The position numbers and the translations under genes are program-made. This document shows positions 1 through 9,195 of a stretch of DNA of 46,766 nt, one piece after another. Origin of the DNA: a virus (Duplodnaviria; Caudoviricetes); IMG/VR virus record IMGVR_UViG_3300035703_000150, positions 1 through 46,766 of that record. The stretch is one strand, 5' to 3'. The notes beneath the pieces are model-generated. The model was not told the DNA's origin and searched no databases. It saw only the letters and a list, made by a program, of their open reading frames with translations. Positions within the stretch are counted from its first letter, which is position 1. Each line of letters starts with the position of its first letter.

Positions 1-660
1 GTTGCTGCATATTCTCACCTTATTGAAACAATAGGTATGCCAGAGGCAACATACAATGAGTTTCTTCAATATGAAGCAATGAAAGAAAAACATGAATATT
101 TTACAAAGTTTGCCGAAAAAGATGCAAGTAGTATTGCTCAACAAATAGCAGCATTTTCAGCATTTACAGAAGGAATGCAACTTTTTAGTTCGTTTGTTAT
201 GTTATTGAACTTTGCTCGTAACGGTAAGATGAAAGGCATGGGCCAAATCATTGCTTGGAGCATTGCAGACGAAACACTTCATGCTGAAAGCATGATAAAA
301 CTATTTCGCGAGTTTATTGGAGAAAATAAGCATATATGGAACGATGAACTAAAAAGCGAAATATACACGATTGCAACAAAAATGGTTGAACTTGAAGATA
401 AGTTTGTTGATCTTGCTTTTGATGTTGGAGAAATGGAAAACTTGACAAAAGATGAAGTAAAGCAATATATTCGTTATATTGCAGATCGCAGACTTATAAG
501 TCTTGGCATGAAAGGTATTTTCAAAGTAAAGAAAAATCCCCTAAGTTGGGTTGATGGAATGCTGGGTGTTACTCACAGTAACTTCTTTGAACAAAAAGTA
601 ACAGACTATGCCAAAGGTGCTCTTACTGGTGATTGGTCGTCTGTTTGGGCACAAGAATAG
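1..660 (+). CDS. nrdB: Ribonucleotide reductase class I beta subunit (5'-truncated by window edge)
   Basis: Frame open from base 1 (VAAYSHLIETIGM...). Motifs FTEGMQLFSSF, DETLH, YIRYIADRRL and C-terminal NFFE..VTDY. Confidence 0.95.
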   Translation, partial: VAAYSHLIETIGMPEATYNEFLQYEAMKEKHEYFTKFAEKDASSIAQQIAAFSAFTEGMQLFSSFVMLLNFARNGKMKGMGQIIAWSIADETLHAESMIKLFREFIGENKHIWNDELKSEIYTIATKMVELEDKFVDLAFDVGEMENLTKDEVKQYIRYIADRRLISLGMKGIFKVKKNPLSWVDGMLGVTHSNFFEQKVTDYAKGALTGDWSSVWAQE

Positions 661-677
661 ATAACCGCAGGCATCGC

Positions 678-705
678 TTGACAGCGTCTGAAAACATGCT
701 AAACT
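678..705 (+). promoter_or_regulatory. Sigma70-type promoter
   Basis: TTGACA-16 nt-TAAACT with TG extension, intergenic and followed by a short hairpin. Confidence 0.7.
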
Positions 706-747
706 TGGAAGCGTCCCTTGATCGGGGCGCTTTCTACTGGAGAAAAT

Positions 748-1029
748 ATGACTGATCTAAAAACTCTTGAACAAAATGATAAGAAACTAACTCGTGAAGA
801 ACATATTATCAACTATCTAAAAGCACTAAACACTATTGAACAGGCTATTGAACCATATCGTGAGCACAAGTTGGCTCTCAAAAAGCATTATGCTGATAGT
901 AGTTTTCTTTCCCGCGAAGATCAAAGCAGGCTTCTAAAAGCATATCGTATGGCTCAAAAAGGTGAGGAACTTGAAGATTTTGAGGAGTTCCTAAACATTA
1001 TTAAGAGCAAGATGAAAGTAGGTGTTTGA
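748..1029 (+). CDS. Small helical protein, possibly GapR/DUF2312- or T4 DsbA-like DNA-binding protein
   Basis: ATG at 748 after GGAG; helical protein with an acidic C-terminus. Family resemblance by eye only. Confidence 0.4.
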   Translation: MTDLKTLEQNDKKLTREEHIINYLKALNTIEQAIEPYREHKLALKKHYADSSFLSREDQSRLLKAYRMAQKGEELEDFEEFLNIIKSKMKVGV

Positions 1030-1030
1030 T

Positions 1031-1303
1031 ATGAAACTTGAACCAAGGAATAAACATCTTCTTTTGGAAGTTGTAAAAAACGATTCAAAAGAAGAAAAAG
1101 TAAGTGAGTTTTTTGGTGCATCTGCTAAAAAACCAGACAACTTGACATATCGTGTTGTTGACAAGTCTGATGATTGTGCCATATCAGTTCATGTAGGCCA
1201 ACTTGTTGTTATTGAAGGTAACATGGTTCATGAAAGCAAAATTGGAGAACTTACTTTTTTGACATGTAAAGAAAACTTTGTTATTGGTGTTCTAAAAGAC
1301 TGA
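1031..1303 (+). CDS. groES: GroES-like co-chaperonin
   Basis: MKLEPRNKHLLLE N-terminus, V.VGQLVV strand and KENFVIGVL C-terminus follow the Cpn10 pattern; about 90 aa; GroEL is present in the window. Confidence 0.7.
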   Translation: MKLEPRNKHLLLEVVKNDSKEEKVSEFFGASAKKPDNLTYRVVDKSDDCAISVHVGQLVVIEGNMVHESKIGELTFLTCKENFVIGVLKD

Positions 1304-1318
1304 ACTTAGAGGTGGAAT

Positions 1319-1705
1319 ATGGGCTTGTATGATGAAGTCAAAATAAACTTCTTGTTTGAAGAAAAATATAAACATTTACAAGACCTCTTATTCCAAACAA
1401 AAAGTTTATTTTGTGGTCTTGATGAATATCTCATAGACGAAACAGGTCAACTATGGCTTCAAGAAGCTACTTGGGAAACAGTCCCAGAAGAAAAAAGACC
1501 ATACTATAACTCTCCAGAGTGGGAAAAGCCTCTTGGAAAGATTATTGGAAGCCTTGAAATAAAAAAAGAAGAACCAATAAAGCACAGTCATACTGGCGAG
1601 GTAAGGATGCACTATTATGATAAAAATGTTGATTGCGAGATAGTGTGTTTTTTTGATGATGGTAAAATGTTGTCATTCAAGGTTATAGAAAAGGAAACAA
1701 AATGA
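1319..1705 (+). CDS. Hypothetical phage protein
   Basis: ORF with GAGG RBS; MGLYD..FQTK pattern. Confidence 0.7.
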   Translation: MGLYDEVKINFLFEEKYKHLQDLLFQTKSLFCGLDEYLIDETGQLWLQEATWETVPEEKRPYYNSPEWEKPLGKIIGSLEIKKEEPIKHSHTGEVRMHYYDKNVDCEIVCFFDDGKMLSFKVIEKETK

Positions 1706-2235
1706 AAAAAGATCTTCAAGATTCGCTTTTTGAAAAGTATCCAAAGCTATTTCGTGATATTAAATATCTTGAGTGCGATGATGGTTGGTATGAACTTATT
1801 GCCACAATGTGTCACCAAATACAAGGTCATATTTCAAATACCAGAAACGGCGCAGCAAGAACAAAGCGATATAATCGTGCCTTGAAGCAAGCATTGTCTG
1901 GCAATCTTTCTAATCTTGAATATTATTATCGCTCCTCGCCTGATAAAGATAAGATGATAGCAAAAGAAATAGAAATGAGAACTTTTCGCACAGTGTGGCT
2001 TGATAGAATACCAACACAAATGCATTTTACACAAATAAAAGAAAAGTTTGGAACATTGAGAGCCTATACCGTAGGTGGTGATGCCTATTGTGAAGGTGTT
2101 GTAGCAATGGCCGAAGGTATTAGTTCTAAAACTTGTGAAGGATGTGGACTTCCTGGTAGGCCAACAAAATCTGGTTGGATAAAAACACTTTGTAAGGAAT
2201 GCGCAAATGAAAGATACAAACCAAGAACTATATAA
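1702..2235 (+). CDS. Hypothetical phage protein with C-terminal Zn ribbon
   Basis: QIKEKFGTLR and CEGCG...TLCKEC motifs; ATGA overlap. Confidence 0.75.
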   Translation: MKKDLQDSLFEKYPKLFRDIKYLECDDGWYELIATMCHQIQGHISNTRNGAARTKRYNRALKQALSGNLSNLEYYYRSSPDKDKMIAKEIEMRTFRTVWLDRIPTQMHFTQIKEKFGTLRAYTVGGDAYCEGVVAMAEGISSKTCEGCGLPGRPTKSGWIKTLCKECANERYKPRTI

Positions 2236-2458
2236 TATAGGGCAACTTGTTAGTTCTAATAGTCCAGAGCAAGGTAAAAAATTTGATTTTGGTGTTGTAA
2301 CAAGAGTGACTAAAACAAAGAAAAATCAATATAGATATTATATTCTATGGCAAAAGGATAAAGATACTTGTGGACCATATGACACTTTAGATATAAGTGT
2401 ATTTGTTGATTTTTATAAGAAATGGGAAAGCCAAAATGTTCAAAATAACAAAGATTGA
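2207..2458 (+). CDS. Small SH3/KOW-like paralog
   Basis: YNIGQLV...FGVV...YYILW pattern. Confidence 0.6.
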   Translation: MKDTNQELYNIGQLVSSNSPEQGKKFDFGVVTRVTKTKKNQYRYYILWQKDKDTCGPYDTLDISVFVDFYKKWESQNVQNNKD

Positions 2459-2975
2459 AAAAAGTGAAAACAATCAATCTCATAGTGCCGGTTCTTATTG
2501 GTTTTCATTAGATGTTGAATTTGAAATTGATGGAAATGAAGAAGAACCACATTTTGGCACTCTTGGTAAATATTACAAACAGCTTGTGATGCTTGATCGT
2601 CAAAAATACGAAGATCATTACAATAACTTACCAGAAGATGATATGTATTTTGAAGATATTGAGGGAACAGATTTTTCAACAATGAAATTTAAAAGCAAAA
2701 GCCCATATGATCTTGGATATTGTAAGCTTATGGATGTTTCTGGAAATGATTGTATAGTTGAACTTGAGAAAGGGAAGTACAAATATTCTAATTGTACAAA
2801 TTTGAACTATATTACAGAAGCAGCAGTAAAACAACTTGAAGAAATGAAACAGCATATTGATGCTGGATACTGTCGTTATGGAGACTATCCAGAACAAGTT
2901 GGTGCTTTTCGTAGTGGCGATCCATTTAGCGACTTTATTGGTATTTTAGAGACACTTGATAGGTTTTGGGATTGA
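2436..2975 (+). CDS. Hypothetical protein
   Basis: ORF; ATG at 2436 preferred. Confidence 0.65.
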   Translation: MFKITKIEKSENNQSHSAGSYWFSLDVEFEIDGNEEEPHFGTLGKYYKQLVMLDRQKYEDHYNNLPEDDMYFEDIEGTDFSTMKFKSKSPYDLGYCKLMDVSGNDCIVELEKGKYKYSNCTNLNYITEAAVKQLEEMKQHIDAGYCRYGDYPEQVGAFRSGDPFSDFIGILETLDRFWD

Positions 2976-2998
2976 TATAATATTGCGAGGTATAAACT

Positions 2999-3109
2999 AT
3001 GTTAGATCTTGGATTTTATTTAGTTATGGCATCGTTTTTGTCAAGCATACCGGTTTGGATTATTGCTATGGCACTAACAAGCATTGCTGAAAGTGCTAAA
3101 AGAAAATAA
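2999..3109 (+). CDS. Small membrane peptide (36 aa)
   Basis: Not in ORF track. GAGG RBS; MLDLGFYLVMASFLSSIPVWIIAMALTSIAESAKRK. Confidence 0.5.
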   Translation: MLDLGFYLVMASFLSSIPVWIIAMALTSIAESAKRK

Positions 3110-3276
3110 ATAAAACTATTTATCCTTTTGGCACATTTTTAGTATTACAAATACTAACTTATCTTGATCTTTATAACTGTTCTCAATAAGAACTTTGAGA
3201 ACTTTCTTTAGCATATTTACAATCTCAGTTCTTCTGGTAAAACTTGTTGTTCAGAACTCAAATATAGGGAGACAAA

Positions 3277-3699
3277 ATGAAACTAAGTGAAAACTTTTCG
3301 TTGCAAGAAATGACTAAATCGCAAACAGCAGAACGAAAAAAAATTGATAATACACCAACGCAAGAAGTTATTGACAATCTAAAACAATTGTGTGAAAATG
3401 TATTGGAAAAAGTAAGAGAGCATTTCAAAAGACCTATTATGGTGAATAGTGGCTATCGTGGTCCTAAACTAAACAAAGCTATTGGTGGAGCAAAAAATAG
3501 CCAACATCTAACAGGTCAAGCGGCAGATATAGAAATTCCAGGTTTGGATAATAAAGTAGTATTTGATTGGATCAAGGATAATCTTGATTTTGATCAACTC
3601 ATTCTTGAATACTATAAACCAGGCATTCCAGATAGTGGTTGGGTTCATGTATCTTGGAATAATAAAAAGAACAGAAAGCAAGTTATAAAAATTGGCTGA
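3277..3699 (+). CDS. Peptidase M15A family endolysin
   Basis: LSENFSLQEM, NSGYR, SQHLTGQAADI and GWVHVS zinc-ligand motifs. Confidence 0.92.
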   Translation: MKLSENFSLQEMTKSQTAERKKIDNTPTQEVIDNLKQLCENVLEKVREHFKRPIMVNSGYRGPKLNKAIGGAKNSQHLTGQAADIEIPGLDNKVVFDWIKDNLDFDQLILEYYKPGIPDSGWVHVSWNNKKNRKQVIKIG

Positions 3700-4246
3700 A
3701 AAAAAGGTTTATGTTTTGTTTTTGGCAGTATTTTTCTTGTTATTTTCTCACGGGGATATTATGCCTCGTGAGCAAGAACAAAACTTACAACTAAAAACAT
3801 CTACAAATGGTATCTCTCTTATAAAAGAGCATGAGGGTTTTTCTCGTGTTCCATATGAATGCCCTGCTGCTGTTATTGCTATTGGTTACGGTTCTACAAC
3901 TTATGAAAATGGAAAACCAGTATTATTATCTGATCCTCCAATAACAGAAGCAGTCGCAGATCGTCTTTTTAGGAAAAAGATTCATAAATATGAAAAATGG
4001 GTAAATAAACTGGTAAAAACTGATATAAATCAAAATCAGTTTGATGCGCTTGTAAGTTTATCTTACAACATTGGTTTTGGTTCCATAAAGCGTTCGCAAC
4101 TGCTAAAGCTTGTAAATGTAAATCCAAACGATCCACAAATAGCTATTGAGTTTCTAAAGTGGAGAAAAGCAAATGGAAAAGTAACAAAAGGATTAGAAAC
4201 TCGCAGACAAAAAGAAGTTGAACTATATTTCAAATCTATTTATTAG
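3692..4246 (+). CDS. GH24 phage lysozyme (endolysin)
   Basis: IKEHEG...IGYGST, NQNQFDALVSLSYNIG, GLETRRQKE. Alternative start ATG 3761. Confidence 0.92.
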   Translation: MAEKKVYVLFLAVFFLLFSHGDIMPREQEQNLQLKTSTNGISLIKEHEGFSRVPYECPAAVIAIGYGSTTYENGKPVLLSDPPITEAVADRLFRKKIHKYEKWVNKLVKTDINQNQFDALVSLSYNIGFGSIKRSQLLKLVNVNPNDPQIAIEFLKWRKANGKVTKGLETRRQKEVELYFKSIY

Positions 4247-4263
4247 CACAGTGGAGACGCGAT

Positions 4264-5430
4264 ATGGCAGAAAGAAAAGTAAAAATAGGCATAACAGTTC
4301 TAATAGATAAACCAAGTGATTCGTTGTTCACAAACGGTATTCGTCAAAATGTTATTATATTGAGAGAATTGTTTGCAAAGTGCAAAAATGTTTCTGAATC
4401 TTATATTATTAATACTGCAAAAAATGTGGTTATACCAGATGATGACACAACAACTTGGGGTCCATATGCCAAGCATATTATATCGCTTGAAGAAGCAAGA
4501 GATAAATGCGATCTTATTGTAATGGCACAAGGAAGTGCTCATGTTGATACGTACAAGGAACTAAGTAAAAAAGGTATAAAAATAACCAAGCACATCATGG
4601 GTGCAGAACTAAATGTTTTCAATGAAACCATTTTATTCAAAGATAACAAAGAAGCAAGAAATCTTTATACAAGAAATGCCGGAACTGTATCAAATGTTTG
4701 GATATCTCCTCATTTTTTTGATACAGATAGATATTTTTTTGAAACTCAATATGATTGCGAAGCCGTTGTAGGACCATATGTTTGGGACCCAAGATTTATT
4801 CAGCATCACATAGACATTTTCAAAAGTAAAGACGCTAATGAAACTGGACTTTATAAACCAAGTGGAAAGTTAGAAAAAAGACTGTCGACAATGGAACCAA
4901 ACATAAATATGGTAAAAACCAGTGTTGTTCCTATTATGACAACAGAAAGACTTTACAGAAAAAGTCCAGAAACTATTGATAAGTTGAGTGTGTTTTGTGG
5001 CGATGGGATAAAGAAAAAAACTGATATGGTAAACTTTGTAAAAGAACTTGATTCTTACAAAGCAGGTAAAATGTTCTTTGAAGCCAGATATCCAATAGTT
5101 TGGACTCTACTAAAACATACCGATATCGTTCTATGTCATCAACATCAATGTGCTCTAAATTATCTTTATCTTGATGCTGCTTGGATGGGATATCCAGTTG
5201 TTCATAACAGTGAATATATGAAAGAACTTGGTTGGTATTATGAAGGAAATGATGTTGAAAAAGCAGCAGAATATCTAAAAAATATAGCATATAACTTTGA
5301 TAGTGAAAATCACCAAAACGAAGAATATATCAAAAAATCAAGAGCATTTGCTTATCGCTACATGATAGACAATCCAGAAAACATTCGTGGCTATGAAAAA
5401 CTTATTGATAAAGCCATGAACAACAAATGA
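4264..5430 (+). CDS. DUF2827-family, glycosyltransferase-like protein
   Basis: NGIRQN, EPNINMVK, HQ..ALNYLYLD...GYPVVHNS...GWYY motifs. Confidence 0.75.
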   Translation: MAERKVKIGITVLIDKPSDSLFTNGIRQNVIILRELFAKCKNVSESYIINTAKNVVIPDDDTTTWGPYAKHIISLEEARDKCDLIVMAQGSAHVDTYKELSKKGIKITKHIMGAELNVFNETILFKDNKEARNLYTRNAGTVSNVWISPHFFDTDRYFFETQYDCEAVVGPYVWDPRFIQHHIDIFKSKDANETGLYKPSGKLEKRLSTMEPNINMVKTSVVPIMTTERLYRKSPETIDKLSVFCGDGIKKKTDMVNFVKELDSYKAGKMFFEARYPIVWTLLKHTDIVLCHQHQCALNYLYLDAAWMGYPVVHNSEYMKELGWYYEGNDVEKAAEYLKNIAYNFDSENHQNEEYIKKSRAFAYRYMIDNPENIRGYEKLIDKAMNNK

Positions 5431-5440
5431 GGGACACTAT

Positions 5441-5539
5441 ATGGCAAAAGGTCAAGAAAAAACCAACAAGAATAACAAGCAGAAACTAACAACAAAAGAA
5501 AAACAAGAAAAGAAAAAGGCAAAGAAAGAGGGAAAATAA
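5441..5539 (+). CDS. Very basic 32-aa peptide
   Basis: Not in ORF track. GAGG RBS; MAKGQEKTNKNNKQKLTTKEKQEKKKAKKEGK. Confidence 0.55.
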   Translation: MAKGQEKTNKNNKQKLTTKEKQEKKKAKKEGK

Positions 5540-5562
5540 TAAACTAAACACTCCCCCAGAGT

Positions 5563-5591
5563 TTGATCGCTTGCTTGATCCGTGGTATGCT
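5563..5591 (+). promoter_or_regulatory. Sigma70-type promoter overlapped by an inverted repeat
   Basis: TTGATC-17-TATGCT with TG extension; inverted repeat at 5577-5609. Confidence 0.55.
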
Positions 5592-5632
5592 CGTGCAGCA
5601 CCACGGATCGTGCTTTTATAGGAGATAACAAT

Positions 5633-6103
5633 ATGGGAACTTATATTGCTTGGAAACTTGATGCTGATATTTCTGCTGGTGGAGGAGAACAGCTTATTAT
5701 TGATACTGCAAATGCCCATAAAGAGTTCAAGGATGGTCCAAAGTTTGAAAACTTTATGTGGCACAAATGGTCGCCCGAAGTAAAGTGGTGGGCACCAGAT
5801 TTTGTTGCCGAGCTTTCAAAGAGTATTGATGTTATTTTCCGCCTTGATGCAAGGGGTGAAGAAAATTTCACTTGGTTCTTTCACAAGGGAAGTATTTTGA
5901 GTGAAAGTGAAATCTGGGAAAAGCCGACATTCCCTTCGCGCCCTCTTTTCAAGAAAAAGGCTGCTGAAGCAGTAGTAAATCGTGAAAAACAGCGTATTGC
6001 TAATGAAGCAGCGCGAGCTGCTGCTGAAAAGCAAAGACTTGAAAGGGAAATCCAAGCATTGAAGGCAAAACAACAGAAGCTTGAAAAGCAACTTGCTGGA
6101 TAA
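5633..6103 (+). CDS. Hypothetical protein with C-terminal coiled coil
   Basis: ATG 5633 after AGGAG. Confidence 0.7.
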   Translation: MGTYIAWKLDADISAGGGEQLIIDTANAHKEFKDGPKFENFMWHKWSPEVKWWAPDFVAELSKSIDVIFRLDARGEENFTWFFHKGSILSESEIWEKPTFPSRPLFKKKAAEAVVNREKQRIANEAARAAAEKQRLEREIQALKAKQQKLEKQLAG

Positions 6104-6125
6104 AATATAACAAAATAACACATAC

Positions 6126-6158
6126 ATTCTGCCTGTTGAACGGGCAGAATATTTATTT
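6126..6158 (+). terminator. Probable intrinsic terminator
   Basis: ATTCTGCCTGTT/AACGGGCAGAAT stem followed by an AT-rich run. Confidence 0.55.
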
Positions 6159-6347
6159 ATGAAATATAAACTTGGAAGTATTGTTGTTTATAAAGATTAT
6201 CACAAACCACGGGGATATATCTCTGAAATAACTCACAATATAATAGAAGTTATAACTTTTAGTGATTTACAACGTCATCGCTACTCACATGTATTTTTTG
6301 ATATTTATTGTGATGTTGTAAGCGATGGGGAAAAAGATGAAAACTAA
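6159..6347 (+). CDS. Small SH3/KOW-like paralog
   Basis: MKYKLGSIV...GYI pattern. Confidence 0.6.
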   Translation: MKYKLGSIVVYKDYHKPRGYISEITHNIIEVITFSDLQRHRYSHVFFDIYCDVVSDGEKDEN

Positions 6348-6603
6348 AAAAAACGCAAAAGATCCAAAAGACTACCAAATATCTGGAAAGTTTAGAGTTG
6401 GTGATCTTGTTCTTGTTGTAAGGGCACCAGATCAAAACCGCGTTATTATTGGACCACTTGTTGATAAGATAGGTATTATTGAAAAAAGACTTGGCAGAGA
6501 AGATGGTGTTTTTTCAACAGTAAATACTTATTCTGTTTTTCTTGATGTTGGGACTGTTCATCTTCATAGTCTTGATATGAGATTACTTTCAAGGGTGGAA
6601 TAA
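6325..6603 (+). CDS. Small SH3/KOW-like paralog
   Basis: FRVGDLV...IGII...YSVF pattern. Confidence 0.65.
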   Translation: MGKKMKTKKNAKDPKDYQISGKFRVGDLVLVVRAPDQNRVIIGPLVDKIGIIEKRLGREDGVFSTVNTYSVFLDVGTVHLHSLDMRLLSRVE

Positions 6604-6825
6604 ATGCTAATACATCAAGTTGGCGATCTTGTAGCAAGAAGAGATATAGTTGGTGAAGAAATAAAACTTGGCTATATTAGTCGCACAACAGAACTTTATG
6701 GTTATGGATATTATGTTTATTTCTTTGATTGGGATAGAGATATATGGTATTCAGAAAAACAAGTTGATACTTTCAAAGAAACATTAGAAAAATGGAACAA
6801 AAATGGACAACTACCAATATCGTGA
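6604..6825 (+). CDS. Small SH3/KOW-like paralog
   Basis: HQVGDLV...LGYI...YYVYF pattern. Confidence 0.65.
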   Translation: MLIHQVGDLVARRDIVGEEIKLGYISRTTELYGYGYYVYFFDWDRDIWYSEKQVDTFKETLEKWNKNGQLPIS

Positions 6826-6976
6826 ACTAAAAGACGCTATCAAGCGAATTGATGAACTTGAAGAACAGATCAATAAACTAAAACAACTTATTTTGGATTC
6901 AACACATTCAAGTGGTCATTTTCAATTGAATAGCAGTAATGAAAATTTCTTGTATGAGAAAATTGGTGATGAGTGA
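6803..6976 (+). CDS. Small coiled-coil protein (57 aa)
   Basis: Not in ORF track. MDNYQYRELKDAIKRIDELEEQINKLKQL...; fills the gap and overlaps the next gene by GTGA. Confidence 0.6.
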   Translation: MDNYQYRELKDAIKRIDELEEQINKLKQLILDSTHSSGHFQLNSSNENFLYEKIGDE

Positions 6977-7656
6977 AATACCTTCTACAGCAAGAAACTG
7001 GTGTTATGTATGAGGAGAAGTTTATGATAAAGTCTTCTCCATCCTATTCCCACTTTTTCTTATCATACGAACAACTAAAACCGGTTGAGGATAAAGAAAA
7101 TATTATTCCAGTTGGAACAGTAGAATTTGTAAAAAAGTATTGTGAACAGAATAATATTATTTTACCAGAAAACATTTCTTATCCCGAACAACTAATGGGT
7201 TTCTTTGGTAGAAATATTTGGAGTGGTGTTTATGGTGATGTAAAGCCAGATCAGTTCTGTAAACCAAAATCAACAAAAGTATTTACTGGCGGCATCAAAA
7301 AAGATATTGAAGAACCGGTAAAACATAGTGAACATGTTTGGATTTCAGATCCAGTCAATATTACATCTGAATGGCGTGTATATGTTCTAAACAAACAAAT
7401 TCTTGGATATTCCAGATATGATACAGGTGATAATGAAGAACAGCCAGATTTAGAACTTGCCAAAAAAATGGTTGAGTGTTATAATGGCTCTCCTGTTGGT
7501 TATTGTTTAGATGTTGGTGTGGTTGATGGAAAAACAATCCTTGTTGAAGCAAATGATGGCTGGTCTTTGGGTTATTATCGTTGGGGCGATATGTGTCCTG
7601 ATGACTATATCAAACTGATCTCCGCTCGTTGGTTGGAGATTGTGAGGAATAAATGA
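6973..7656 (+). CDS. ATP-grasp domain protein (DUF4343/R2K-like)
   Basis: FCKP...FTG, SEWRVYV, YCLDVG, LVEANDGWSLGYY. Confidence 0.8.
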   Translation: MKYLLQQETGVMYEEKFMIKSSPSYSHFFLSYEQLKPVEDKENIIPVGTVEFVKKYCEQNNIILPENISYPEQLMGFFGRNIWSGVYGDVKPDQFCKPKSTKVFTGGIKKDIEEPVKHSEHVWISDPVNITSEWRVYVLNKQILGYSRYDTGDNEEQPDLELAKKMVECYNGSPVGYCLDVGVVDGKTILVEANDGWSLGYYRWGDMCPDDYIKLISARWLEIVRNK

Positions 7657-7847
7657 AATTTATAGGTTCTTGGAAAGATAAGTATGTTGGTTTTTCACAT
7701 AACTATACTGCTTATTATATTATGTTCTGCCCAAAAGATATTCGTATGTTTGGATATGAAAACGATATATATGATGGGCAAGATATGAAAAGATTAAGTT
7801 TCTGGTGGTTTGCTTTTGTATCGCATATTGATAGGTATAACAAATGA
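7653..7847 (+). CDS. Hypothetical protein
   Basis: Translationally coupled ORF. Confidence 0.55.
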   Translation: MKFIGSWKDKYVGFSHNYTAYYIMFCPKDIRMFGYENDIYDGQDMKRLSFWWFAFVSHIDRYNK

Positions 7848-8281
7848 CTACATCTCGTTATTGTGCTATGTGTGATATTTCATACAACGATGCACCTGAT
7901 AGTTGCCCTTTATGTAAAACAAAAAAACTGCTTAAAATGGCAGAAGATGAAGCAGTATATAATGATGATCACGGACGAAAGCAAGAACGCAGAGCAGATA
8001 AACTAGAAGCAGAATTGGAAGAACTAAAACAAAAACTTCTTGAAGTAGAACAAACAACAGGTATATTATGTGATAAATGTGGTTGGTCTATGAAGTTTCC
8101 AGATGAACCTTGCCGATGTGAATTAGTAACTGAACTTGAAAGTATTAAAGAACTCTTAATAGAAGTAAGAGAACAATACTACTATATTAGTTGTGAAAAA
8201 GGCGGAGAATATTATAAAGTCCGCAAAAAAATAGATGACCTATTGGATTTAAATGAGGACAAAGATGAGTTCCGATATTGA
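7844..8281 (+). CDS. Zn-finger/coiled-coil hypothetical protein
   Basis: CAMC...CPLC and CDKC...CRC motifs. Confidence 0.6.
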   Translation: MTTSRYCAMCDISYNDAPDSCPLCKTKKLLKMAEDEAVYNDDHGRKQERRADKLEAELEELKQKLLEVEQTTGILCDKCGWSMKFPDEPCRCELVTELESIKELLIEVREQYYYISCEKGGEYYKVRKKIDDLLDLNEDKDEFRY

Positions 8282-8477
8282 AATAATTGAAGAAGAAGAT
8301 TGTGGAGTTGATGTTATTGTTAGAGCAAATGCAGTTCAACTACAAGTCCACAATTACTATTCTAACTATACTGAATTTATTTTTGATATGTCTAATGAAA
8401 ATCATAGACAAGCACTAAAAAATCTTGTAGATGTATTACAACACGAACTTGATGTTCACGGAGTAAATAATGACTGA
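8253..8477 (+). CDS. Hypothetical protein
   Basis: ORF in coupled array. Confidence 0.55.
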   Translation: MRTKMSSDIEIIEEEDCGVDVIVRANAVQLQVHNYYSNYTEFIFDMSNENHRQALKNLVDVLQHELDVHGVNND

Positions 8478-8709
8478 TATTCCAATTCGCCCACTATGTT
8501 ATGTTCAGGATGTAAAAGTTGCTGTAAATACGGCATTTGATACATTCTATAAGAACCCAGACAAATATAGTAATCTAAAACAACTTATGGAACTTGTATA
8601 TGGTGAGTTTAGTAAAATTCCAACATATACACCAGAGTTCGCTTCAACTTCAAAAGAAGAATGTGAAAAGTATATCGTAAAAGCAGATATTACAGGAGAT
8701 AAAGAATGA
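8470..8709 (+). CDS. Hypothetical protein
   Basis: ORF with GGAG RBS. Confidence 0.6.
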   Translation: MTDIPIRPLCYVQDVKVAVNTAFDTFYKNPDKYSNLKQLMELVYGEFSKIPTYTPEFASTSKEECEKYIVKADITGDKE

Positions 8710-8942
8710 CAGCTGAACAATTTACATATTGGCTACAAGGTTTTTTTGAGTTGTCGGGAACAACAACTTTAAACGAACAACAAGTAAAAATAGTAAAAGA
8801 TCATATTGCTTTGGTATTAAATAAAGTAACACCACGATATGATACAACAGGAAAAGATGTTATATATGTGAAAGCTGATGGAACATTCAATCAGATTAAA
8901 GCTGATGGAATACTTGATATTAAAACACATTTAAGTTGTTGA
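8706..8942 (+). CDS. Hypothetical phage protein
   Basis: EQFTYWLQGFFEL motif; ATGA overlap. Confidence 0.65.
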   Translation: MTAEQFTYWLQGFFELSGTTTLNEQQVKIVKDHIALVLNKVTPRYDTTGKDVIYVKADGTFNQIKADGILDIKTHLSC

Positions 8943-8949
8943 GGAATAA

Positions 8950-9195
8950 ATGAAAAAGTTTTTATTAATTGCCGGATCAGGTTATTATCCACAGAGTGGA
9001 ACAGGTGATTGGATTGGTTGTTTTAACACATATGAAGAAGCAGAAGCACAAGTTAAAATTGAAGAAGTACACGATTACTATTTAAGAGGACCAAGAATGG
9101 GAGAGATAAAAGAAACACATAAGAGATGTATTATTAATGGACATGAACATGATTGGTATGATATTATTGATTTGGAAGAATGGATGAACAAGTGA
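8950..9195 (+). CDS. Hypothetical phage protein
   Basis: GAGG RBS; YYP.SG.GDW motif. Confidence 0.65.
   Translation: MKKFLLIAGSGYYPQSGTGDWIGCFNTYEEAEAQVKIEEVHDYYLRGPRMGEIKETHKRCIINGHEHDWYDIIDLEEWMNK

Noticed and set aside
3115-3213. Short minus-strand ORF (MLKKVLKVLIENSYKDQDK...)
   Set aside because: Only 32 codons, no clear RBS, and against the orientation of every other gene.
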